In this document: in pieces, positions 47,554 to 57,410 of the stretch
Layout: every line of letters begins with the position of its first letter
Numbering within the stretch: position 1 is the first letter of the stretch
Assembly (NCBI GenBank): GCA_008632985.1
Contig: QPGO01000051.1
Span: 62,001-126,000 of the forward strand
Length of the DNA: 64,000 bases
Direction: 5' to 3'
From: Psammoneis japonica
Lineage: Eukaryota
Position numbers and translations under genes: made by a program
The notes under the pieces: model-generated
What the model was told of the DNA's origin: nothing
The model's database searches: none
The model's input: the letters and a program-made list of their open reading frames with translations, nothing else

Positions 47554-48400
47554 ATGTCTTCCTTCATGGCCCCTGCAGCAGCCACAAACAACAATGACGA
47601 CATTGCTCTCAATGAAGCAAGGAGTGGCAATGATTGCAAATGCAAAGCTGAGGAACAAGGAGGTTGAGGTGATGTGGAGGAGGAACCCAAGGAAATCTCA
47701 GATGAAAAAGAAGAGCACTTGATTGAGGAGCTCCTGCTTGTGTGGGAGGACTTGCAAAGCAACAACTTTGAAACAGCTGCAAAGGCAACCACACAGCTGG
47801 TCAAACTAACTTCACATGACAATGACAATCCTGATGCAGAAGCAAATTGCAAAAGAGTTGTGGAAGCCTCCAGGCATGTTGCCGTGCTGAAGAAGGCAGA
47901 GAAGTCTCTTGGCCACAGGAGCCATCACAGGTTTGTTGGTGCAAATCTTTACAATCTCAAGCATCTTTCCTGCAAGAGTGACAAGTGCCAAAAGATTGTT
48001 CACCAGACCACTTCAAAGGTGGTGGGTGCAATTGTGAAGATCATCCAAAACTTTGCTGGTGGCCGCAGAGGATGCTGTGCGCCAGCGCGCTTGTTGTGCA
48101 TTGGGAAATCTTGCACTCAATGATCATGACCACAAGGTTAAATTGTTTGAAGCTGGGGGATTTCATTGGCTGTTGAAAACATGAAGAGATTTGCCAATGA
48201 TGAGGAAATGCAGCATGGCAGCTCCCATTTGCGCTCAAAGAACAGCTTTTGACAAGGAAGGGGGGAAACAACCAAAGAAGATTGCTGGTGCTGCAGATGC
48301 TTGCAAGGCCTTGACAGTGATGTCCAAAGTGAAGTGTGACTTCCCTGACTGTCAAGGCATCAAGAGGAAGACCACAGCTTGCATCAACACATTGAACGAC
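47554..48400 (+). pseudogene. Hypermutated pseudogene copy of the ARM-family gene (upstream region homologous from about 47355)
   Basis: Collinear with the 27585-28660 locus. CGA>TGA stop at 47665, frameshifts, and systematic TA>TG/CA and CG>TG/CA changes. Confidence 0.93.
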
Positions 48401-48685
48401 AACGGCATCTACAGCAGTGTGAAGCTGCTTTATTTAGCAAGACCTGTCCGCAGGCTTGTGAGTTTCCTACTGACGACAACAGACATGTTTCAGTTTCTAC
48501 GTAGATTCTACGTAGGCCGCCTTAATCCTACGTCATTGGTTGATTTCGATTGGCTCAACGACGCACCGCCGCACAAAATCACCACACTTCTATCTTGTTG
48601 TTGATGTTGCGTTGTTGCGGTTCTCATCCATTGATTTTGCATCGATTAGTGTATTAGCAACCACATCAACCCTCACTAAAGTATA

Positions 48686-50402
48686 ATGAAGTTTTCTGTT
48701 GTGGCAAGCGCCGCAGCGGTGCTCTTTTCGAGTAGCAGCAATGCCTTTGTGCCGGCAAGGTATGTTGATGAATCTTTTTGGATTCGCATCGTAGAATCTC
48801 GGTATCTTTCTACGCGCAGAAAATTGAAAATGTCTTTTTTGTTTGTTTGCTCACCTCTTTGTTGTTGATGTTTTCAACCGTAATTTCCAACTTACAATGC
48901 AGTATCAAGCATCAATCTCAATCACTGAAAATGGTTGCCATGGAACCCCCTACAGATCAGCAAGAATGGTCTCCCTCGTCTTGGAGGGATCGTAAGGCTT
49001 CGCAAATGCCCGTGTACGAGGACGATGAGGAATTAGACGGTGCGGTGAAACGCATTGAAAAGTGCTCTCCCCTCGTCTTTGCCGGTGAAGTCCGTTCGTT
49101 GCACGAACAGTTGGCCCGTGCCTGCACCGGACAGGGCTTTTTGCTCATGGGTGGTGACTGTGCCGAAGCCTTTAAGGAATTCAATGTCGATCACGTCCGT
49201 GATACCTTTCGTGTTATTTTGCAAATGGCACTCGTCTTGACGTTCGGATCCGCCATGCCTGTCATCAAGGTGGGACGCATGGCTGGGCAGTTTGCCAAGC
49301 CACGATCGGAACCGGATGAAGTGCAGGATGGAGTGGCGCTTCCTTCGTACCGTGGGGATATTATCAATTCAGAAGAATTCACGGCAGAAGCGAGGCGGAA
49401 CAATCCAAACAACATGGTGGAGGCCTATCATCAGAGTGCACAGACTCTTAATATTCTGAGGCCTTTTCGACCGGTGGGTATGCCGATATTAGTCGCTTGC
49501 ATGCGTGGAATTTGGATTTTGTGGAACAGAGTGATGAGGGTAGCAGGTATGCTGGTATTAGTCTGTATGGTTGTACCTTCTGAGGCGATTTTCGCTCTTA
49601 CTAACCTCCTACTTACTCTATTCTTCTCAGGTACCGCAAGTTTGCTACAAAGGTTGACGAGTCTCTCCGTTTCATGAAGGCCATTGGTGTGGACACCTCC
49701 AAGGCTCCCTTTACACAGACGGACTTTTACACGGCACACGAGTGTTTGCTCTTGCCCTACGAACAGGCTCTGACACGCCAAGACTCCACCACGGGTCGTT
49801 GGTACGATTGTTCGGCACACATGTTGTGGGTCGGGGAACGGACACGCGAACTCGACGGCGCCCATTTGGAATTTGTCCGTGGCATTGGCAATCCTCTCGG
49901 CGTCAAGATTTCCGACAAGTGCACTCCGGAAGAATTGATTCGCATCATTGACACTATGAATCCACAAAACATTCCCGGTCGTCTCACCATTATTGTTCGC
50001 ATGGGAGCCGATAAGCTACGCAAGAATTTGCCCGGACTCATTCGTGCCGTCCAACGGGAAGGCAAGTCGGTCTTGTGGATTTCGGATCCCGTGCACGGCA
50101 ATACGCGCAAAACGGAGAACGGGTTCAAGACGCGGGATTTTGACAAGATTCGAGATGAACTGCGTGCCTTTTTTGATGTTCATGATGAAATGGGATCGCA
50201 TCCCGGTGGAGTGCATTTGGAAATGACGGGTGAAGACGTGACGGAGTGTATTGGTGGTTTGTCTGACGTGACGGAAACCAATCTTGGAGATCGTTATCAT
50301 ACCTATTGTGATCCTCGTCTCAATGGAGCGCAAGCGTTGGAATTGGCCTTTTTGATTGCTGAGCGAATGAGGGTACGAACCGGATTGCCTCCTGTTGAGT
50401 AG
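48686..50402 (+). CDS. Class II DAHP synthase, plastid-targeted; introns about 48760-48902 and 49547-49630; frameshift near 49460
   Basis: Motifs [60 protein letters not shown] and CDPRLN. Leader ending SNAFVP. Confidence 0.96.
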
Positions 50403-50509
50403 ATGGAATGACGACAAAGCGAGTATTGTCGTGGTTTTGAGATGTGTGATAGGAGTCCATCGTGTGTTGGAAGGAAAGACACAAAAGAGCGGAATAAAAG
50501 TAGTACCAT

Positions 50510-50830
50510 ATCATATTGAGCAGGATTTTACTTTGCGCATTCAAAGCGAGGACGGACTTTCCGAGACGCCGACACTATTTGAGCCGGGCATCTGTGTCGG
50601 CACCTGCATCATTTTTTGGATTTTCTCGGCGTTAAGATGGACAACATCGTAGCATCTAAACAGGAGGCACACAAGTACAAGGAACACAAGAAGGCGTGAA
50701 AATCGGGGAGCACGGAATGCCTGTCAGTCCATACACAATATTAGTACTGTACGACAGTCTATATTGCATTATGCGCCACATCTCTCCTAAAACCTAAAAC
50801 TGGTAGGGCTTTCACTGTCGTCTCCACCGT
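50510..50830 (+). repeat. Dispersed direct repeat (second copy about 53955-54370), probably the 3' end of a lost gene
   Basis: catattgagcaggattt...ggactttccgagacRccgacactatt...caagaaggcgtgaaa occurs in both places. Confidence 0.85.
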
Positions 50831-51049
50831 ACCGCACGCACCTATGGTATGCATGATGCGATCGATAGATGGATATATAGATGCAAGCAAGAAACGTGAG
50901 GAGAGAGCTATTACTGCTAGAGAAGTAGCCTTAGCTTTTGAGCACCACCTGAAATGAGCTTGGCCGGTGTTGCGCACTGCGCACCCACGCGGCGCGCATC
51001 TCGCATTGCATATATGTTGATGGTTTTTGTCATTTTTGGACTTGCCACG

Positions 51050-51897
51050 ATGTCCTCCTCCGCCGCTGCAGTAGCCACAAACAACAATGATGACGTCGCT
51101 CCCGACGAAGTGAGGAGTGCCAATGATCGCAAGCGTAAAGCTGAGGAACAAGGAGGTCGAGGCGACGTGGAGGAGGAATCCAATAAAATCTCGGATGAAG
51201 AAGAAGAAGAGCGCTCGATCGAGGAGCTTGTGTGGGAGGACTTGTGGAGCGAAGACTTCGAAACGGTTGAAAAGGCGACCAACAAACTGTGGAAACTGAC
51301 TGTCAAAGATGACAACCGCGATGACATAGAAGCCAATTGCAAAAGAGTTGTGGAAGCCTCCGGGCATGTTGTCATGCTCAAGAATGTAGAGACATCTGTG
51401 GGCGACAAGGAACGTCAAAATCTTATTCGCACCACTCTTGGCATTCTAATGAGTCTATCCTACAAAAGTGACAAGAACAGGAAGATCATTCGCAAGACTC
51501 CAAAGGTGGTGGATACGATCATCAAGATCCTCCGAAACTTTGCTGACCACTGTGGATGCTTTGCCCGCGCTTTTGGTGTGTTGGGAAATCTTCCATTCAA
51601 CGATGATGATTTTAAGGTCAAATTGCTTGAAGCTGGGGTGATTCCGTTAGCTGCTGAAGGCATGAAGAGATTTGCTGATGATGAGTTTATGCAAGAAGTT
51701 GGCTCCGATTGTCTTGCCACCCTTTTGACAAGCAAGAAGGAAACGAAGAAGATTGTCGACGCAGCGAATCTTGCAAGGCATTGACGGTGCTATCCGAAAC
51801 AAAGTATAACTTCCCTAACAACCAGGACATTAAGGAGAGCACCGTAGCTTGTTTCAAGGTATTGATCGAACACTTATTTGCATTCTATGAGAGATGA
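51050..51897 (+). CDS. Armadillo-like repeat protein (local family); 1-nt frameshift near 51769
   Basis: Homologous to 55911-56735. The C-terminus CKALTVLSETKYNFP continues in another frame. Confidence 0.8.
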
Positions 51898-51899
51898 TG

Positions 51900-52590
51900 C
51901 CAAGCTGTCCCATGTCTGGGACCAGTTGTTGCCAAAAGAAACTTCCACGCGAGCTCGTCCTTGCTGTTGTGGTGGTTCTTAGCTTTTATTCAGTGTTGTT
52001 ATCAAAGTAACAGCCTGTTGGCTTTGTTTCAATTGCTTCGACAAATTTGGAGTGAACGATTCAAACGTATTTGCTTTTTCTAGTCCACGCTAGATGGTTG
52101 TTGCTCATGGAATAAAACGTACTTGTCGGCCGGTCTACCCGTTTGCTTTATCAGCAGAAGCTCCCTTCTATTCTCTCCATTGGTTTGTCGATTTATGCTT
52201 ATCTACTGGACAGGTGTGACGGAACGCCCACTGTACAGTGCAGCTCTAGGATGTGGTGACAACCAATGGGAGGGTCGTTGTTTCCTTGTCAGGGAAGAGG
52301 AGCACCTAGACGAGGTAGACTTTTACAAGCCAGGAGGAAATTCCTATCGCGTTGATGCGGTTGACAATCACATTCAATTTAGGGTCGATGGAGTGCAAAC
52401 CGTTAATGTATTTGAACCGGAAATGGGAACGAGAATTGGTGAGCAGATAATAGACCACCGCGGAATCGGAGTCACGATAATGCGGGAACATACCGTTCGG
52501 CTCAGAAACTTTTTGTGCACGCCTCTGAAACTATGTTTCCAGAATAAAACAGGTTGACTCATCAGCACACTCCGTAGTAACGAATTCTAT
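51900..52590 (+). repeat. 3' flank co-duplicated with ARM genes (copies at about 56736-57385, 27240-27584 inverted, 41947-42190 and 53756-53872)
   Basis: All copies share gaaaYttccacgcRagctcRtccttgctgttg. The longer copies also share ctacccgtttgcttta, and ggaggaaattcctatcgcgt is common to 52332 and 57108. Confidence 0.9.
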
Positions 52591-52599
52591 GTAGCCGCA

Positions 52600-53755
52600 G
52601 ATGGAGATGGGCTATTTCATAGCAGGATTGACGACTCGCATTGTCTACCGGCTGGTCATAATGGCGCACCTATTGTCGATGGTGTTCAAATGAGACTCTA
52701 CAAATGCGACAAGAACAAATTGAGTCAGAAGTGGGAGTGGCACGAAGGATTCGAGGCTCCCATTTTCCTCACGAGCAACCCAAACTTGCACCTAGAAAAA
52801 TCGAGGAGTGGACGAGTACAACGCATGACAGCTTTTACCACGAAATGTTCCATTCAATCTTTACACCCGCACCACCCGTGTCGAAACTCATTTCAGAAAG
52901 CATGGCAAGCCTGGGGTTAAAGCCGGGCGAGTATGCAGCAGCTCATCTCCGTGCCTTGTATGCCCCAGCAGAACGCTCAGAGAAAGAAACTGCCGAGTTT
53001 GCCATTAATGCCGTCAACTGCGCTTCCCCGTTTGCGTCCGGGTGGTCCTATCTACTTTGCTTCGGATTCAAAACACGCGGTTGAAATCGTCTCGATTGAG
53101 CAGCTTGTTTGGGAAGACTTGTGGAGCGACGACTTCGAATCGGTTAAAAAGCGACTGAAAACCTGAGTCAACCTACCTACCAAGATGATGACAATCCTGA
53201 TGTAGAAGAAAATTGCAAAAGAGTTGTCGAAGCCTGCGGGCATGCTTTCATGCTGAAGAATGTAGAGAAGTCTGTGGGAGACACAAGGAACGTCTTAAGT
53301 TCATTCAAGCAAATCTTTTCATTCTAACGAATCTTTCCTACACGAGTGACCAGCGCAGGGAGATCATTCGCAAGATTCCAAAGGTTGTTGACACGATATT
53401 CAAGACAGCGCAAGCCTTTGCTGATCACTGTGGATGCTGTACCCACGCTTGTGGTGTGTTGGGAAATCTTGCATTTAACGATGACGGCTTTAAGGTCAAA
53501 TTGTTGGAAGCTGGGGTGATTCCGTTAACTGTTGAAAGCATGAAGAGCTTCGCCAACGACAACATCATGCAACGGCGTGGCTCCTGTTTGCTCAGACATC
53601 TTTTGAAAAGCAAGAAATACACGAAGAAGTTTTTCGATGGGGCGAATGCTAGCAAGGCCCTAACGGTGCTGTCCGAAGCAAAGTATAAATTCCCTGATGA
53701 TCAATGTGTCAAGGTGCTTACCACAGCGTGTATCAAGATATTGAACGAACACTGA
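52600..53755 (+). pseudogene. Chimeric relic: ricin-B-lectin-like fragment, glycosyltransferase-like fragment and 5'-truncated ARM copy
   Basis: HCLPAG...DGVQMRLYKCDKNKLSQKWEW, then GEYAAAHLRALY...AINAVNCAS.LRPGGPIYFASDS running directly into SIEQLVWEDLWSDDFE. Confidence 0.65.
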
Positions 53756-54382
53756 TTTGGCATTCTGTGACAGGTGGATGCCAAGCTGTTATGCGTCTGG
53801 GACAATAGTTGGTGTCAAGAGAAACTTCCACGCAAGCTCGTCCTTGCTGTTGTGGTGATTGTTAGCTTACATTGATGTGGTTGAGATGTGATAGTGTCCG
53901 CCGCGTTGGAAGTAGAGACTCTAGAGAGCGAAATATAAGTACGGTAGTACACGTCATATTGAGCAGGATTTAACTTGCGCTGTAACAGCTGTCGTCTATG
54001 TGCAAGCGACGATACAAGGAAGAGATGAATATCATGTTACCGCGACGAAGGACTTTCCGAGACACCGACACTATTATTTGCATCGTGCGGATTCCTTTCG
54101 TTTCTTTAAGCGCAGCAGCAGAACTCTGTAGCTAGATGCCGAGGTACATTTAGCCGGGTATCTCTACCTGTATCTTTTTGAGGATTTTCTCAACGCCAAC
54201 ATGGACAACAAAGTAGTACCTGGAGAGGAGGCAGACAAGTACAACGAATACAAGAAGGCGTGAAAGAAGGGGGGCGTGAATGCCTTTTCAGTCTATACTC
54301 AATACGATAGTCTCTTGCATTATACCCGCATTTGTACTAAAACTGGTACAGTAGCTCGTAGTTTCTGCGATGAAACTGCATG

Positions 54383-55444
54383 CTATGCTTCCTCTTCCGC
54401 ATCATCGAAATCTTCTTCTTCTCTTGCTTCGAGTCCGTTGACCGGAAACGTGTTGGATTCGAAATCCATCATTGCATCGAGTCCTTTTGGAGTAGTAGCG
54501 GTAGCAACTAGACAGTCGGTTCCATCCTCATCTTCATCTCGCGATAAGACAATATCACTACCATCAACCAGAGCTCGAGTTTGTAAGGCTTGTTGTGGAT
54601 GCGCTGACACAGCAAGCATTCCCTTCGCTCGAGCGGCTTCCAGCAGGGGTAAAAAGTCGGAATCTCCCGACACAACCACGAGAACACCCGCCATGGAGTG
54701 GTCGCTGATTTTTTCCGTTTTCTTCATCCATCTTTCTGCGTGAGTAATAAGCATCGCGTCAACATCATGGGCTTCGCGAACCCAAACACCTTGTTCCTTG
54801 AGAATCTGAAACAAATCATTCCGTTTCCGCTTGGCGATATCTCCTTTTGAGTTCATACCGATTCTCCTCAACCCTACCTGTGCTTCCTTGTACTTTTGAT
54901 ATTTCAGCTGCTCCTTGGTTGTAAGCTTGTTCTTCTTCTTGCTTTGACGCATTCGAGTGAGGCGCTTTTTCTGCTCCCTGTCGTGTAAATTCTTCATGTG
55001 CTTGTTGAGCTTTTGAAACACATCCAAGCCTCGCTTCTTGTCTTTTTTCGTAAGCCTCATTTTTGCACCACAGACTCCACAACGCAAGTCTCCAGACTCA
55101 TCGTAACCAGTCTGAGCGAGTTGCTCATTCGTCCGAGTCTTTAGTTGAAATTCTTGTTGAAAGGGCTCCTCCTTTTCGTCGTCGTCTTGTCTGGCAAACC
55201 ATGTTTGTGTCGCAACGTTACCAAAGCCTTTCATTGTATCTATTTTACCAACAGATCTCGAAAAGTCTTTGAGAGGTCGAAGCCATTCTGCCACGTTGGT
55301 TCGAGTGGGGATTGTGGTCCGTTGAATATTGTCGAGATCGAAAAAGATTCCAACGCTGACTTTGTTGTTTGTGGTGGAAAAACACACTTTGCGTGGTGAT
55401 GATGTGGTTATTCGAACCAACGGTATGCGGCATGTAGAAAACAT
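54383..55444 (-). CDS. NYN-domain (PIN-like) protein with an inserted zinc-finger-like motif
   Basis: IFFDLDN and VVVSGDSDFLPLLEAARAKG motifs, plus CGVCG...HMKNLHDREQKKR. Confidence 0.85.
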   Translation of the reverse strand: MFSTCRIPLVRITTSSPRKVCFSTTNNKVSVGIFFDLDNIQRTTIPTRTNVAEWLRPLKDFSRSVGKIDTMKGFGNVATQTWFARQDDDEKEEPFQQEFQLKTRTNEQLAQTGYDESGDLRCGVCGAKMRLTKKDKKRGLDVFQKLNKHMKNLHDREQKKRLTRMRQSKKKNKLTTKEQLKYQKYKEAQVGLRRIGMNSKGDIAKRKRNDLFQILKEQGVWVREAHDVDAMLITHAERWMKKTEKISDHSMAGVLVVVSGDSDFLPLLEAARAKGMLAVSAHPQQALQTRALVDGSDIVLSRDEDEDGTDCLVATATTPKGLDAMMDFESNTFPVNGLEAREEEDFDDAEEEA

Positions 55445-55910
55445 CTGGTAACTATGGTCCTCTGTTCTAGCTAGCAGAGCATACTATTAGAATACGTTGC
55501 TCTTATTTCACCGCCGTTGTACTCATGCGGCTTCGTTGTCTCTGCAAGTGGTACTTGAGACCAGAGGCTCAATGCTCAATGCGGCTCATGGCCTCATGGC
55601 TCATGCTGGCCTCATGTGGCTCATCGGTGTCTGTTTGGAGCTAGCTTTTGGCGAGCTTTGGAGCTTGAAGCGGTGCGCGGTGCACGCGCTTCACCCACCA
55701 ACGCACGCATGACGGACCTTAGATAGAGGAGCGCGCGCGCGCGCGCGAGCGAGAGAGCATGTCTGTACGGTACTTCTATGTACAGTAGAAGTACGTGCGT
55801 AGCGTACGTGCGTACCGGCACCTCAACTCTAAAGCTTGAGCGCCTTACCGGCATAGGACGTATGCATCGTCTTTTTTATTTTTTCTCTTTATCATTGTCA
55901 TCGTGCCACG

Positions 55911-56735
55911 ATGTCCACCGCCGCCGCCGCAGCAGCCACAAACAACAACAATGGCATCGGTCCCATCAAAGTGAGGAGCGCCAACGATCGTAAGCGCAAA
56001 GCAAGGGAGCAAGGTGGTCGAGGCGACGTGGAGGAGGAATCCAAGGAAATCTCGGATGAAGAAGAAGAGCGCTCGATTGAGCAGCTTGTTTGGGAAGACC
56101 TTTGGAGCGACGACTTTGAAACAGTCAGAAAGGCGACTCTTGAGGTGAAGAAACTGGTTTTGAATGCAAGTGACATCCCTGAAGCAGAAGCAAATCGCAA
56201 AAGAATTGTCGAAGCCTCCGGACATGTTGTCATGCTGAAGAATGTAGAGAAGTCTGTGGGAGACAAGGAACGTCATGAGTTTATCGGCACAAATCTTCTC
56301 ATTCTAATGTTTGTTTCCTGCCTGAGCATCAAGCGCCAGAAGATTATGCGTAAGACTCCAATGATCATTGAAACGATTGTGAAGATCATGCAAACCTTTG
56401 CTGACCGCAGAAAATGCTGTTCCAGCGCTTGTGGTGTGTTGGGAAATCTTGCGGACGAGGATGACGATTTCAAGGTCAAATTGTTTGAAGCCGGGATGAT
56501 TCCGTTAGCTGTCGAAAGCATGAAGAGATTCGACGAGGATAAACTTATGCAATGTCTTGGCTCCACTTTGCTGGAAAACCTTTTGAAAAGCGAGAAGGAA
56601 ACGAAGAAGATTGTCGACGCAGCGAACGCTTGCAAAGCATTGACGGTGCTATCCGAAGCAAAGGATAACTTCCCTGACAACCAGGAAGTCAAGGAGAGCA
56701 CCGTAGCTTGTATCAAGATATTGATCAAACACTGA
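55911..56735 (+). CDS. Armadillo-like repeat protein (local family)
   Basis: Intact 274 aa ORF with SACGVLGNLA and LFEAGMIPLAVESMKRF. Confidence 0.88.
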   Translation: MSTAAAAAATNNNNGIGPIKVRSANDRKRKAREQGGRGDVEEESKEISDEEEERSIEQLVWEDLWSDDFETVRKATLEVKKLVLNASDIPEAEANRKRIVEASGHVVMLKNVEKSVGDKERHEFIGTNLLILMFVSCLSIKRQKIMRKTPMIIETIVKIMQTFADRRKCCSSACGVLGNLADEDDDFKVKLFEAGMIPLAVESMKRFDEDKLMQCLGSTLLENLLKSEKETKKIVDAANACKALTVLSEAKDNFPDNQEVKESTVACIKILIKH

Positions 56736-57410
56736 TTTGCATTCTGTGACAGGTTTGTGCTTGTTGTCAAGAGAAACTTCCACGCAAGCTCGTCCTTGCT
56801 GTTGTGGTGATTGTTAGCTTACATTTAGTATCATTATCAAAGTAACAACATATTAGCTTTAGCTCAATTCCGTTGGTACTGGTTGCTGTTGCACTCCCAC
56901 GGTAGCGAGTTGCATATTCTCGCCCGATCTACCCGTTTGCTTTAGCAGCAAAAGTGCCCTTCTCTCTGTCGATTTGTATTTCTATATATGGGTATAATGG
57001 CACAACCACTGTGCCGTGCAGCTCTAGTATATCCTAACAAGCAATGGGAGGGTCTCAATTCCTTGTGACGGAAGGAAAAACCTGACGAGGTACAATTTTT
57101 CAAGCCCGGAGGAAATTCCTATCGCGTCGATATAGGTGGCAATCGCATTCAAATTTAGGTCGATACAGTGCAAACCGTTAATGTAGTGGATCCGGAAATG
57201 GGAACGCCAACTGGTCAGCAGGTAAGGTATTAGGCCACGGCGGAATCGGAGTCATGACGGTGTGAGATGATGCGATTCGGCTTCGCAGCTTTTCGTACAC
57301 GCGCACCTGTAGCTGTATTTTTTCCAGATTGAAATAGGTTGACTCGTCAGAAACTCCATAAAAACGAATTCTATGCAGCCGCAATACTAATTACGTGTAG
57401 CTCTTTCTAT

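Noticed and set aside
1..48405. Classical fungal RIP or simple CpG-methylation decay as the explanation of the biased domains
   Set aside because: RIP creates TpA and lowers GC, the opposite of what is seen. CpG decay accounts only for the CG changes.
1..48405. Foreign (horizontally acquired or contaminant) DNA with naturally low TpA
   Set aside because: Copies of local host genes inside the domains carry the same bias relative to their intact paralogs.
52123..52557. 144 aa ORF downstream of an ARM copy as an intact gene
   Set aside because: It has no ATG at the ORF start, the homologous copy at about 56920-57340 is interrupted by stops, and it has no recognisable domain. It is treated as co-duplicated relic sequence.
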